Source: Gammaproteobacteria bacterium
GTDB lineage: Bacteria; Pseudomonadota; Gammaproteobacteria; Burkholderiales; JAHFRG01
Reading direction: 5' to 3'
DNA length: 64,000 nucleotides
Assembly (NCBI GenBank): GCA_041495205.1
Contig: JBGQCF010000001.1
Span: 64,429-128,428 of the forward strand
Shown: one piece after another, positions 44,417 to 53,285 of the stretch
Position numbering within the stretch: position 1 is the first letter of the stretch
Layout: the number at the start of each line of letters is the position of its first letter
Position numbers and translations under genes: made by a program
Notes under the pieces: model-generated
Told to the model about the DNA's origin: nothing
The model's input: only the letters and a program-made list of their open reading frames with translations
Database searches by the model: none

Positions 44417-46440
44417 TTCAATCGTTTAAAACCGGCATGGCAGACCGGCCCTTTAAGCAGGTTCATGACGTCCCGCCCCTCCTCGCATTCCTTGATGAGT
44501 GCGAAAACGGGATCCAGCGCCTGGAAAAACTGCGCCACAACATCGGGAGTGTGTTCGGTGCACACATACACGCTTGTCCCGGCCAGATAACCCTTGGCCA
44601 GCATCTCCTGGGTGATCAGGGTTTTATACGCCGGCGCGTTGGGGCTGTTGAAAGAGAATCCGGTCAGCGCCGGCAAGCCGTTAGTGGTGATGGACAGTCC
44701 ATGCTTGCCGGCCAGGGCCTTCCATTTGGCGGTGATCTCCCGTCCGGTTTGGGTGATGTGTTCCCACGACTTGATGCGCTCCATGACTTCCAGCGTCTTG
44801 AGCGCCGCGCTCGGGCCGATACGTTCGGTCCAGAAGGTGCTGCTGATAAAAGTACTCTGTGCGGCTTCCATAACCGCACGTTTGCCGATGGCGGCAGTAA
44901 TGGCGTAGCCGTTGCCAAGCGCCTTGCCGAACATCGCCATGTCCGGCTCAACGCCGTAGAGCTTGTGCAGGCCGCCAAAGGTCTGGCGAAAACCGGACGT
45001 GCACTCGTCGAAGATCAGCACGATGCCTTTGTCGGTGGCGAGCTGCCTGACTTTTTCCAAAAAACCGTTCTCAGGGCCCACATTGCGCGAGACTTCCATC
45101 TTGATCACACCGATATCGTGGTCGCGCACCAGCATTTCCAACTCCGGAAAGTTGTTGTAGCTGAAAGGCAGCACGCTGCCGCGCAGGACCTGGGGTACGC
45201 CCTTGGGCTCCAGACCGGGCAGCAGATGACCGGCCAGATTTTGCTCGTCTCCCAGGTTGGCGGCCAGGTACCAATCGTGCCATCCGTGGTAGCCGCAGAT
45301 GGCGACCTTGTCGCGGCCCGAGGCGGCGCGAGCAATACGGATTGCGATGGCGTTTGCTTCGCCGCCTGAGCGTGCGAAGCGCGCCATATCCGCCCAAGGG
45401 TGCAGCGCAATCAGCTTTTCGGCCAGATAGACTTCTTCCGGGCAATTCAAGGTGGACATATTGCCGGCGGCGATGGTCTGGTGGACGGCCTCGTCCACTT
45501 CCGGATGGCCGTAACCCAGAATGTTGGTGCCGACGCCCATGATGGACATGTCGATGTATTCACGCCCGTCCAGATCCCACACACGGCAGCCCTTGGCCTT
45601 GCTGAAGTAGGCTGGCCACTGCTCGGGCAGAAACATTTCCGGCCGCTTGGAAAGCAGCATGTTGCCGCCGGGAATCACCCGCTTGGCGCGCTTCCAGAGT
45701 TTTTGTCCGGCGCCCAGAGTGGCTCCTTTGTTGCGGACGAGATGTTGGTTGGCCTGGAAGAGTGCCGGCCGTGCTTGGCGGAGCGCCAGCACTTCTTGCC
45801 AGCTAAAGTCGTTGCGCGGGTGGAAGTAGTTAAACACGGCAGCAATGACTTCAAAGTCCGCTGCTTCGTCGACCGTCCACCGCTCCATCGAGGGGTCTTC
45901 CTCATACGCAACGTTGCCGGTCTTGAACAGCCCGGACTCTCGAATGAAGGGCGTGACATGCTCGCGCTCGGCAGGTTTGGTCGCCTGCCGGGCTGCCTGT
46001 TCCAGCGCACGGAAGGAAAACACCTCCGTATCCAACCCGTCCGGGTAGGAGCGCGGCCACGTGTTGCTGAGGTAGTCGACGCCTTGCTCTTTGTGAGCGG
46101 CGATGACCAGATCGACCAGATCCGGGTCAATCAGCGGACAGTCGCCGGTAATGCGCACCACGGCTTCCGGCTGATGCGGCTTCGCGGCCTGGTAGAAGCG
46201 GTCCAGCACATCGTTTTCGCTGCCCTGAAAGACTTCGTAACCGAGACTGCGCACATGATCGGCCAAGGGCTGGTTCCGAGGATCATCCGAGGTAGCCAGG
46301 ATAATCCGGTCAATGCGCTTGGCCTTGGCCAGCCGACGCAGCAACAGCTCAATCATCGGCACGCCATTGATGGGGCGCATGACCTTGCCGGGAAAGCGAG
46401 TGGAACCCATGCGGGCCTGAACAATGGCAATGGTTTTCAT
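44413..46440 (-). CDS. Fusion: SpsF-like cytidylyltransferase domain :: class-III (glutamate-1-semialdehyde aminomutase-like) PLP aminotransferase
   Basis: N-terminal MKTIAIVQARMGSTRFPGKVMRPINGVPMIELL...RITGDCPLIDP is a CTP_transf_3 / SpsF-type domain. The C-terminal ~430 aa has GGNMLLSKRP, ARSGGEANAIAIRIARA, IFDECTSGFR and MFGKALGNGY (PLP lysine block) of class-III aminotransferases. Confidence 0.75.
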   Translation of the reverse strand: MKTIAIVQARMGSTRFPGKVMRPINGVPMIELLLRRLAKAKRIDRIILATSDDPRNQPLADHVRSLGYEVFQGSENDVLDRFYQAAKPHQPEAVVRITGDCPLIDPDLVDLVIAAHKEQGVDYLSNTWPRSYPDGLDTEVFSFRALEQAARQATKPAEREHVTPFIRESGLFKTGNVAYEEDPSMERWTVDEAADFEVIAAVFNYFHPRNDFSWQEVLALRQARPALFQANQHLVRNKGATLGAGQKLWKRAKRVIPGGNMLLSKRPEMFLPEQWPAYFSKAKGCRVWDLDGREYIDMSIMGVGTNILGYGHPEVDEAVHQTIAAGNMSTLNCPEEVYLAEKLIALHPWADMARFARSGGEANAIAIRIARAASGRDKVAICGYHGWHDWYLAANLGDEQNLAGHLLPGLEPKGVPQVLRGSVLPFSYNNFPELEMLVRDHDIGVIKMEVSRNVGPENGFLEKVRQLATDKGIVLIFDECTSGFRQTFGGLHKLYGVEPDMAMFGKALGNGYAITAAIGKRAVMEAAQSTFISSTFWTERIGPSAALKTLEVMERIKSWEHITQTGREITAKWKALAGKHGLSITTNGLPALTGFSFNSPNAPAYKTLITQEMLAKGYLAGTSVYVCTEHTPDVVAQFFQALDPVFALIKECEEGRDVMNLLKGPVCHAGFKRLN

Positions 46441-47303
46441 AGCGCAGCCCAGCGGGCGGGATTCAACAAATCGATGTCGTGGGTTTGCAATTCCCTGGGG
46501 ACTTGCGGCATCGGGCCTGCGATTGCCTGAAGAACCTCCTTGAGTTGCTTCAGGCTATCGACACCGATGATGACTTTAGTGATTTCCGAATACGATAAGG
46601 CGTAACGGAGACAGGCTTGCAATGGGGTCAGCTTGGAGTATGTCAGCCACTTTTCCAGGTTCGACCAGAGCGACGCCCACCGATTGAATTTTTTGGGGCG
46701 GTCGCTTGGTGTCATTAAAAGCAGCCCCTGGAGAAAAACCGACCGCGCGTGGAATTCTATGCCCCGCTCCGTCAGGCGAGGCAGCCAACCCGAATCGATC
46801 AAGCGGCGGTCCATGATGTTAAAAGGCGCCTGGACGATATCAAATTGATACCGGCTGCAGAGTGCGTCGAGTTCTGCGGGTTCGTAGATCGAAATGCCGA
46901 TTTTCCCGACAAGTCCGTCGCGTTTCAGTTGCTGCAAGACTTGGTGGAGCCTATCACCGTCTTGTTCCAGCAGCTGCTGCGGCCGGTGCAACAGAAGGCC
47001 GTACAGGCTTTTGATCTTCAGCCGTTGCAAGGAACTGCGGAGGGCATCTGCCACCCACTGAGAGACATCACTGCAAGCTTCCGGTACGGCCGGCAACTTC
47101 GACACGACCCGCCAGTCCGATATGCCGATCTCACCCAACCGCCTCTCGCTGTCGCCATACGCAATCGCCGTATCGAGCATCTCCATGCCGCTGGCCCTCG
47201 CATGACCGAGGATGGATTGGGCTTCTCCGTATAAAACCTGGCCTTGCTTGTTCGCGATGCCGTAATCGAGGCCAAACTGAACGGTGCCAAGGGCAAGCTT
47301 CAC
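46437..47303 (-). CDS. Aldo/keto reductase
   Basis: MKLALGTVQFGLDYG, LDTAIAYGDSE and GISIYEP fit the AKR family pattern. Confidence 0.75.
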   Translation of the reverse strand: MKLALGTVQFGLDYGIANKQGQVLYGEAQSILGHARASGMEMLDTAIAYGDSERRLGEIGISDWRVVSKLPAVPEACSDVSQWVADALRSSLQRLKIKSLYGLLLHRPQQLLEQDGDRLHQVLQQLKRDGLVGKIGISIYEPAELDALCSRYQFDIVQAPFNIMDRRLIDSGWLPRLTERGIEFHARSVFLQGLLLMTPSDRPKKFNRWASLWSNLEKWLTYSKLTPLQACLRYALSYSEITKVIIGVDSLKQLKEVLQAIAGPMPQVPRELQTHDIDLLNPARWAAL

Positions 47304-48472
47304 GCCAGCAGTCCCTTGAAAGCCCTGATGACATATTCCTGCTGGTCGTCCGTCAGGTCATAAAAAAGCGGAATGCTCAAGGCCTCCTGGTAATAGTTCC
47401 GGGCATTGGGATAATCCTCCGGCTTGAAACCCAGCCTGAGGTAATAGGGTTGGGCGGGCACCGGAATGAAATGCACCTGGGTTCCGACCTGCCGGGACTT
47501 GAGTTCCTGCATCAGTCGTCCCCGGCTCAGGCCCGCCGCTTTAAAATCAATTCGAAGCACATAAAGGTGGTGACCGCTCTGGTCGCGTCCCGCAACCTGG
47601 GCCGGACGACAATTGCGCATGCCGGAAAATGCCTTGTCGTATGCCTTGACGAGGTCGCGCCGGCGCGCAATGAACCTGTCGAGGTTTTTGAGCTGCGACA
47701 GCGCCAGGCCGCACTGGATGTCGGTGATGCGGTAGTTGAACCCCAGTTCCTGCATCTCGTAGTACCAGGGGGACTGCACGCCATCGGTTACGGCTTCCTC
47801 AGGTAATTGAAACGGATCGTCCAGTTTGTTGATGCCGTGGCTGCGCAAGCGTAAAAGTTTTCGGTAGGTGGGCTCGTCGTTAGTGGTGATCATGCCCCCC
47901 TCACCAGCCGCGATCGCCTTTACGGGGTGGAAGGAAAAGACCGTCATGAGCGAGTGCGCGCATGAGCCGACTCGCCGGCCGTCCGGGTACCGGGCGCCAA
48001 GGGCGTGGGCCGCGTCCTCAATCACGACAGCGCCTGCTTTATCGGCAGCCGATTTGATTGTGGGCATATCGCATGGCAAGCCGGCAAAATGAACGGGCAC
48101 CACCGCGCGAGCATCAGGATTTTTTGCAAGAGCCTCGTTGAGGCTGTCCGGGGAAATATTGACCGTATCGGGATCAATGTCCGCGAAGACCGGTCTTCCG
48201 CCGGCATAGAGCGCGGCATTTGCGCTGGCAACGAAGGTAACGGGCGAGGTGATCAGTGATGTGCCCGGGCCGACTCCAGCGGCCAGGGCGGCCAGATGCA
48301 GGCCGGCGGTGCCACTCGCCACCGCCACAGTAAATTTCACACCGACATACTCCGCCACGGCTCGCTCGAATCTCTCAATGGTTGGACCCTGGGTCAGCGC
48401 GCCGCTTCTCAGCACATCCACAACGGCCTGGATGTTTTCTTCATCGATATGATGTTTTCCGTATGGAATCAT
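47300..48472 (-). CDS. pseC: UDP-4-amino-4,6-dideoxy-N-acetyl-beta-L-altrosamine transaminase (DegT family, PseC-type)
   Basis: MIPYGKHHIDEENIQAVVDVLRSGALTQGPTIERFE and FSFHPVKAIAAGEGGMITTND (PLP-Lys) match my recollection of the PseC family signature. Confidence 0.8.
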   Translation of the reverse strand: MIPYGKHHIDEENIQAVVDVLRSGALTQGPTIERFERAVAEYVGVKFTVAVASGTAGLHLAALAAGVGPGTSLITSPVTFVASANAALYAGGRPVFADIDPDTVNISPDSLNEALAKNPDARAVVPVHFAGLPCDMPTIKSAADKAGAVVIEDAAHALGARYPDGRRVGSCAHSLMTVFSFHPVKAIAAGEGGMITTNDEPTYRKLLRLRSHGINKLDDPFQLPEEAVTDGVQSPWYYEMQELGFNYRITDIQCGLALSQLKNLDRFIARRRDLVKAYDKAFSGMRNCRPAQVAGRDQSGHHLYVLRIDFKAAGLSRGRLMQELKSRQVGTQVHFIPVPAQPYYLRLGFKPEDYPNARNYYQEALSIPLFYDLTDDQQEYVIRAFKGLLA

Positions 48473-49107
48473 AGATTCTGCACTTCACGGGCCAATCCGT
48501 TTTGCTCTTGCTGGTGAAGCCTTGCGATGTGCTCGTCAATTCCGCCGAGCTTTCTGCCCAGCACGCGGCAGGCTTTCCGGTTGGATAGGCTCATGTCCTG
48601 CGGCCGCCGGACCAATTCAGGGCGGTCGGCCAGGACCCCGAGCTTGATGCCACCGGGGGTAAGATTGAACCCTTCCGCGATCTTGAGCCCGAAATCGTAC
48701 TTTGAGATGCGCTCGTCCCCGACCACATGGAAGATGCCGCTGGCCTTGAGGCCGATCAGATCATGGACGGCTTGCGCCGCCGCCTCGATAAGGATCGGCG
48801 TGTAAAAGACATCTTTGAACAAGTTCAACTCTTTGCCCGAGCGGAGCGCGCCAACGATCACATCGCTGAACGAACGGCGATAGCTTGGCCCCCAACCATA
48901 GAAATTTGTGCGAACCACGAGGGATTGAGAATGAGCGTCAAGAACTCGACCCTCTGCTTCGGCTTTTGTCCGTCCATAGACATTTTTCGGTGCGACCAGG
49001 TGTGTTTCATTCACCAATGAAGCTTCCCCGGAGAACAAATGGTCCGTGGAGATATGCACCAGCGGCAATCCCAGCCTGGCACAGGCGCGCGCCACGTGGG
49101 CCGCCAA
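48469..49107 (-). pseudogene. 5'-truncated RmlD-fold reductase gene (lacks the Rossmann NAD-binding N-terminus)
   Basis: The 212 aa begin at (TTG)AAHVARACARLGLPLVHISTDHLFSG and align with residues ~95-308 of 22329..23255 (shared HISTDHLF, VRTNFxGWG, SFSD, TPIL, SGIFxxVGDERxSKYxF, RPxDMSL). The in-frame TAA of the upstream gene lies 2 codons before the first residue. Confidence 0.6.
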
Positions 49108-49113
49108 CGAGCA

Positions 49114-50484
49114 TTAATTCAGCAGGTCCACATGTTTGCGTAAGAATGCCGCTCCAATGCGCGCCTTGATTTCGCCTTCAGGATGGGTGGGCACGTGCTG
49201 ACGGACAATCTCCCAGAACCGTTGCTGCAATTCTTCATCTTCTTGCGTTGCCCGCCAAACGCCTTTAATGCGATCATCGACCTCTGCAGCTAAATCACGA
49301 ATTTCTTCTCGAGAGTTGCTGATTAGCTCGACACCTGCTGTTTCGAATGTTTGCGTATGGGTGGCATTTGCCACGCCAGCCACAAAAAGCTCGCGCAGGC
49401 TGAGCATACGTCCTTCTTCCTTATGCCAGGCACGCTTTAAAGTGAACGGAGTAGAGTTCCAATGATATACACTGTAAATCGTCTGTGGCCCGGAGAAGTT
49501 TACAAATGCGAAAGGTCGTTTGAATATTGTAGATACGGCAAATATTCCAGAATCGCTACCCAGATAGAATCGGCAATTACCAAGCAAATAAATGTCCGAA
49601 AAGTCGCCCCTCTCAACGTGATTTGCATAGTCGATCACCTTTGGATTGCTAGATACCAAAGGCTGCTCAGTAGATGACCCCATCCGCAAAACGTAATACC
49701 CCCTGCTTGCCAATTCCTCCGCACAGAGCGCCATACTTTGTACATCAAAATCACGGTACTTGTGATATTTCCAATCCATTCCGCTTTCCACCTGGTCGAG
49801 ATAAGCGCTGTCTCGATTGTGCAAACAGACCCATGACGCACCGATAGGAATACCGAGTCGTTCCAAAAGTTTTCTTCCCCGCGAATGCTCATCTTCAGTA
49901 AATTGAAGATGGGTATCAGTGTTTTCCAGAAAACAGAGATCTGTAGGGGGAAACGTGAGTCGATGTATATCGCCGCCGGTCCACAATTGACACGCTCTTT
50001 CCAGGGAGCCTATTAGCCCTGCGCACGGATATATACGGAAAGTTCTGGCAAACATGAGTCTTAGTTGCTGGTTACTGACCGCGCTCGAGCAGCCAATAAG
50101 ATCAAAAATACGGCGCTTGCGGCGCTCAACGTCGCGCAAACACAGATAACCTTCGGTGTTGCAAAGGTGCCCGATGCGGGAAGCATCTATTACACCAAGA
50201 CGAATCAAAATAAATGGCCGAGCGGCAACAATAAAAACCACTAAAGGCAGAAGCGCAAAGGCCTGTATCCAAGCGATGATTGCTCTCGCCGTCGGCCCTA
50301 TCATGCGACGCGTTTTGCGGATAATAACCGGCCACTCTACGGTTCTCATCCGGACACTCCACGGCGCACAAAAACAAATGTGCCAAGCACCTGCCCGCCC
50401 ATAAGCATTAGGCGCACCCGCATCAAAATCAGATCTCGCAACGAAAGATAGAGCTGATCGACCGCACCGCCGAGGTGTTTGCAA
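49114..50484 (-). CDS. Putative glycosyltransferase of an uncharacterised family (paralogue of 57879..59411)
   Basis: Shared blocks with 57879..59411: W(V/F)xLHxRD(S/A)xY, Y(R)xxD(V/I)xS, RGGY/RGYYV(L/I)R(M/V)G and F(Y/V)(L/V)G(S/V)(D/S)SG. I recall a RefSeq 'TIGR04372 family glycosyltransferase' with this look, but that is unverified. The true start is probably Met-46 (50349) or later. Confidence 0.5.
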   Translation of the reverse strand: MQTPRRCGRSALSFVARSDFDAGAPNAYGRAGAWHICFCAPWSVRMRTVEWPVIIRKTRRMIGPTARAIIAWIQAFALLPLVVFIVAARPFILIRLGVIDASRIGHLCNTEGYLCLRDVERRKRRIFDLIGCSSAVSNQQLRLMFARTFRIYPCAGLIGSLERACQLWTGGDIHRLTFPPTDLCFLENTDTHLQFTEDEHSRGRKLLERLGIPIGASWVCLHNRDSAYLDQVESGMDWKYHKYRDFDVQSMALCAEELASRGYYVLRMGSSTEQPLVSSNPKVIDYANHVERGDFSDIYLLGNCRFYLGSDSGIFAVSTIFKRPFAFVNFSGPQTIYSVYHWNSTPFTLKRAWHKEEGRMLSLRELFVAGVANATHTQTFETAGVELISNSREEIRDLAAEVDDRIKGVWRATQEDEELQQRFWEIVRQHVPTHPEGEIKARIGAAFLRKHVDLLN

Positions 50485-50633
50485 CGGCTGCTGACAAGCG
50501 CGAAGTCAGTCTGGATCTGAAGCCGTTGTACGCCAAACGGGCCGCCCTTTATCCGAATCAGATATTCTGCAATCCTGTTCGTTAGAGGTCTTAAATCAGT
50601 TGTGCAACCCGCTGCTAACAAGATAGCTCGCAA
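50450..50633 (-). pseudogene. Degenerate 5' fragment of a sugar-phosphate nucleotidyltransferase gene
   Basis: (TTG)RAILLAAGCTTDLRPLTNRIAEYLIRIKGGPF resembles the NTP-transferase N-terminus (xAxILAAGxGTRLxPLTxxxPKxLxxIxGKP), but the G-T-R and P-K signature residues are replaced. Homology fades after ~60 codons. Confidence 0.5.
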
Positions 50634-50667
50634 AACTCTTATTCTTAACCTACACGAAACTCGAACA

Positions 50668-51357
50668 CTAATCCTTGTCCCATTGCGATCTCAAATCTTC
50701 GAGTGTTCTCAGGGATAGACTAATATTCTCAAATGGAATTCCTTCCAATTCTTTCATACTACGCTCCCACCATTTGGTAGCTTGAATTTTGTCAATAGTG
50801 TCGTCCGAAAATCTCATTCGGATGATTCTCGCAGGATTGCCACCAACAATTGAATATGGCGCAACGTCTTTTATCACGATAGATCCAGCCGCCACTATCG
50901 CACCATTCCCGATCTTAACCCCTTTGATAATTACAGAATTATCCCCGACCCAGACATCATTTCCGATTTCGGTCTTAACTGATCTTGCCTCTAAATAGCC
51001 CTGAGAATCTGAAGTGAGTATCGTTTCACCGTAAGATTCAGTCGTATTTCTGTACCCTACTTCATGCACAGTGAGAGAGTCCGTTGGATGCGAAAAAGCA
51101 CCCACGGAAACTCTGGATCCAAATGTACAATAATTTCCCGAACATGTATCAGCCAAATAGGAAAAATACGCAACCCCTACATATCTTCCGAGATCACTCC
51201 GATTTATACAACTACATAACCCTAAGAATAAATTCCCCGACAAACGGGAATTCATTATTTTTGCAAACGGCGCAAGCTTGATATGTTCGTTGAAGGTAAT
51301 ATCAATTTCTTTTTTATTATTTAAATAGTCGATCGTGATCTTCTTCATTTTTCGCAT
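50668..51357 (-). CDS. Hexapeptide-repeat acetyltransferase (CatB/Vat xenobiotic-acetyltransferase-like)
   Basis: [53 protein letters not shown] is the LbH core plus the typical GGNPA(R/K)xI tail. The gene is clearly AT-richer than its flanks. Confidence 0.8.
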   Translation of the reverse strand: MRKMKKITIDYLNNKKEIDITFNEHIKLAPFAKIMNSRLSGNLFLGLCSCINRSDLGRYVGVAYFSYLADTCSGNYCTFGSRVSVGAFSHPTDSLTVHEVGYRNTTESYGETILTSDSQGYLEARSVKTEIGNDVWVGDNSVIIKGVKIGNGAIVAAGSIVIKDVAPYSIVGGNPARIIRMRFSDDTIDKIQATKWWERSMKELEGIPFENISLSLRTLEDLRSQWDKD

Positions 51358-51472
51358 TCTTTCGCGAAGCGCAACAATCGAATATGGCCTGGCTGGGGAA
51401 CGTTAAAAGACCCGGATACGCGAACCTGCATAAGCAATGATTGTATTTACCAGTTGATTGTTGTGGTTTCTA

Positions 51473-52204
51473 TCAGCTCTGGATAAATGACTCATCAGAG
51501 GAATTGATAATTTTTGCCGGCACACCCACTGCAGTAGAGTTAGTCGGCACATCCTTGAGCACCACCGCACCGGCACCTATGATTGAATTCGCACCAATTC
51601 GCACGCGATTAATAAGGACTGCGCCGGTGTGAATGTGGCAGCACTCTCCCAGAACTACGTTCCCGGCAGTCACAACGCCTGGATCAACCTGGCAGCATTC
51701 CTGCAGTACATTGTGGTGGTCAATCTGTACACCGGTGTTTACGATGACGCCTGATTGGATTTCCGCCTTGTACCCGATAATACAGCCGGCATTTATCCAC
51801 ACACCATCGTCGATTCGGGCGTTGGGCAATATTATTGTGCTTGGATGTATTGCCGAAACGAGCTGTAGGTCGCTGTTCCTGACCGACTCAATTTGATTTT
51901 GGCGGTGTCTATTGACCGGGTCGAGACAAAGTACCTTCCTTACCCCCATCCCCAATAGGATTTCAATCCAGTCTGGAGAAACAATTAGAGGGCGCCCTTT
52001 AAAGACACCTTTATGCGGAAACTCCGTCGTCTTACACACCCTTTTCTTATTCTCTTCCTCAATATCGACTTCGGTAAAAGAATCTGAATCGACGACAAAA
52101 CAGGCGATCTTCAGACCGGTCGCTTTCTCGAACCAGGATTCCACCTGCCCGGCAGATCCATCAAAGTACCCGACAATGGCAACGGCGTTTTTACGAGAAG
52201 GCAT
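51473..52204 (-). CDS. NeuD/PglD-family sugar N-acetyltransferase (LbH)
   Basis: N-terminal Rossmann-like VAIVGYFDGSAGQV, then hexapeptide repeats ending VGVPAKII, an architecture like PglD/NeuD. Confidence 0.75.
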   Translation of the reverse strand: MPSRKNAVAIVGYFDGSAGQVESWFEKATGLKIACFVVDSDSFTEVDIEEENKKRVCKTTEFPHKGVFKGRPLIVSPDWIEILLGMGVRKVLCLDPVNRHRQNQIESVRNSDLQLVSAIHPSTIILPNARIDDGVWINAGCIIGYKAEIQSGVIVNTGVQIDHHNVLQECCQVDPGVVTAGNVVLGECCHIHTGAVLINRVRIGANSIIGAGAVVLKDVPTNSTAVGVPAKIINSSDESFIQS

Positions 52205-53285
52205 GGATTGCCGAAATGACCTGCTCTATATTGGACAGCGGTTGTTCCGGCCCCGCAGGAAGGTACACGCCGGCCCTCCCGAAAGGCTCCGAATTGGGGT
52301 AATGCCCGGAATCATTAAAGTAAGGGGCACGGTTCAAGTCAGGGTAAAATGGCCGGCACTGGATACCCTTTTCAGAGAGAAAATGAATCAATTCCTCGCG
52401 GGACTCACAAAGCGCCTCGATGTAGACGGGAACCTCGCCAGCATCCAGATTCACTGGTATCAACCTTATAAATGGAATCCCCGAAAGTCCTTCCGCGTAG
52501 GCCTGATAGATCTTCTTGAGCTTCTCGATTCTTTGCGGGAGCAGTTTGAGTTGTTCTATACCCACTGCCGCCAGAATATCAGTGAATCGAAAGTTGAATC
52601 CCGGGCGATCCCATTTTGCGTTGACGATGTCACCGACTCCGTGAGTTCGCATCGCGACGAGCCTTCTATAGGTCTCCTCGTTTTTGGTGGCGACAAAACC
52701 GCCCTGTCCGGTCGAAATTACCTTTGCCACTGAAAACGAGAAGCAGCCCATGTCAGATTGAGTCCCCAGGAAGCCGTCCGGATTCCGCGAACCCAACGCT
52801 TGTGCGGCATCCTCAATTACGATCAAACCATGACGGCGGGCTATTTCGTTGATGGCACGCATATCCGCGGACCTGCCGCACACGTGTACCGGGATAATTG
52901 CCTTGGTCTTCTTGGTTATTGCTCCTTCGACCAGTTCCGCGTTGATAATCGGCCGCCCCGGCTCTACGTCAACCAACTTCACCGAAGCACCCAACAACAA
53001 AGGGGCGTGCGCAGTCGCTATCCAGGTTCTGTTGGGGACAATAACCTCATCCCCCGGGCCTACACCCGACACCCACGTACTCATCAGCAGAGCGGTACTT
53101 CCGCTCGTTGTCGCGACCACATAGGGAACACCCAGATAGGCCGCGAGGCGGCGCTCGAACTCGGCGACAACGGGCCCTTGGCTGACGTGTTCCTGAGCGA
53201 TCGCCCGCGCGATCGCTTGAGCTTCGCCGTTGTTAAATCCGGTTCTCCACCAACTGACGTTATTTTTCATTCCGCTGGGCGTCAA
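52191..53285 (-). CDS. DegT/DnrJ/EryC1/StrS-family sugar aminotransferase
   Basis: GPVVAEFERRLAAYLGVPYVVATTSGSTAL and FSFSVAKVISTGQGGFV (PLP-Lys block). Confidence 0.85.
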   Translation of the reverse strand: MTPSGMKNNVSWWRTGFNNGEAQAIARAIAQEHVSQGPVVAEFERRLAAYLGVPYVVATTSGSTALLMSTWVSGVGPGDEVIVPNRTWIATAHAPLLLGASVKLVDVEPGRPIINAELVEGAITKKTKAIIPVHVCGRSADMRAINEIARRHGLIVIEDAAQALGSRNPDGFLGTQSDMGCFSFSVAKVISTGQGGFVATKNEETYRRLVAMRTHGVGDIVNAKWDRPGFNFRFTDILAAVGIEQLKLLPQRIEKLKKIYQAYAEGLSGIPFIRLIPVNLDAGEVPVYIEALCESREELIHFLSEKGIQCRPFYPDLNRAPYFNDSGHYPNSEPFGRAGVYLPAGPEQPLSNIEQVISAIHAFS

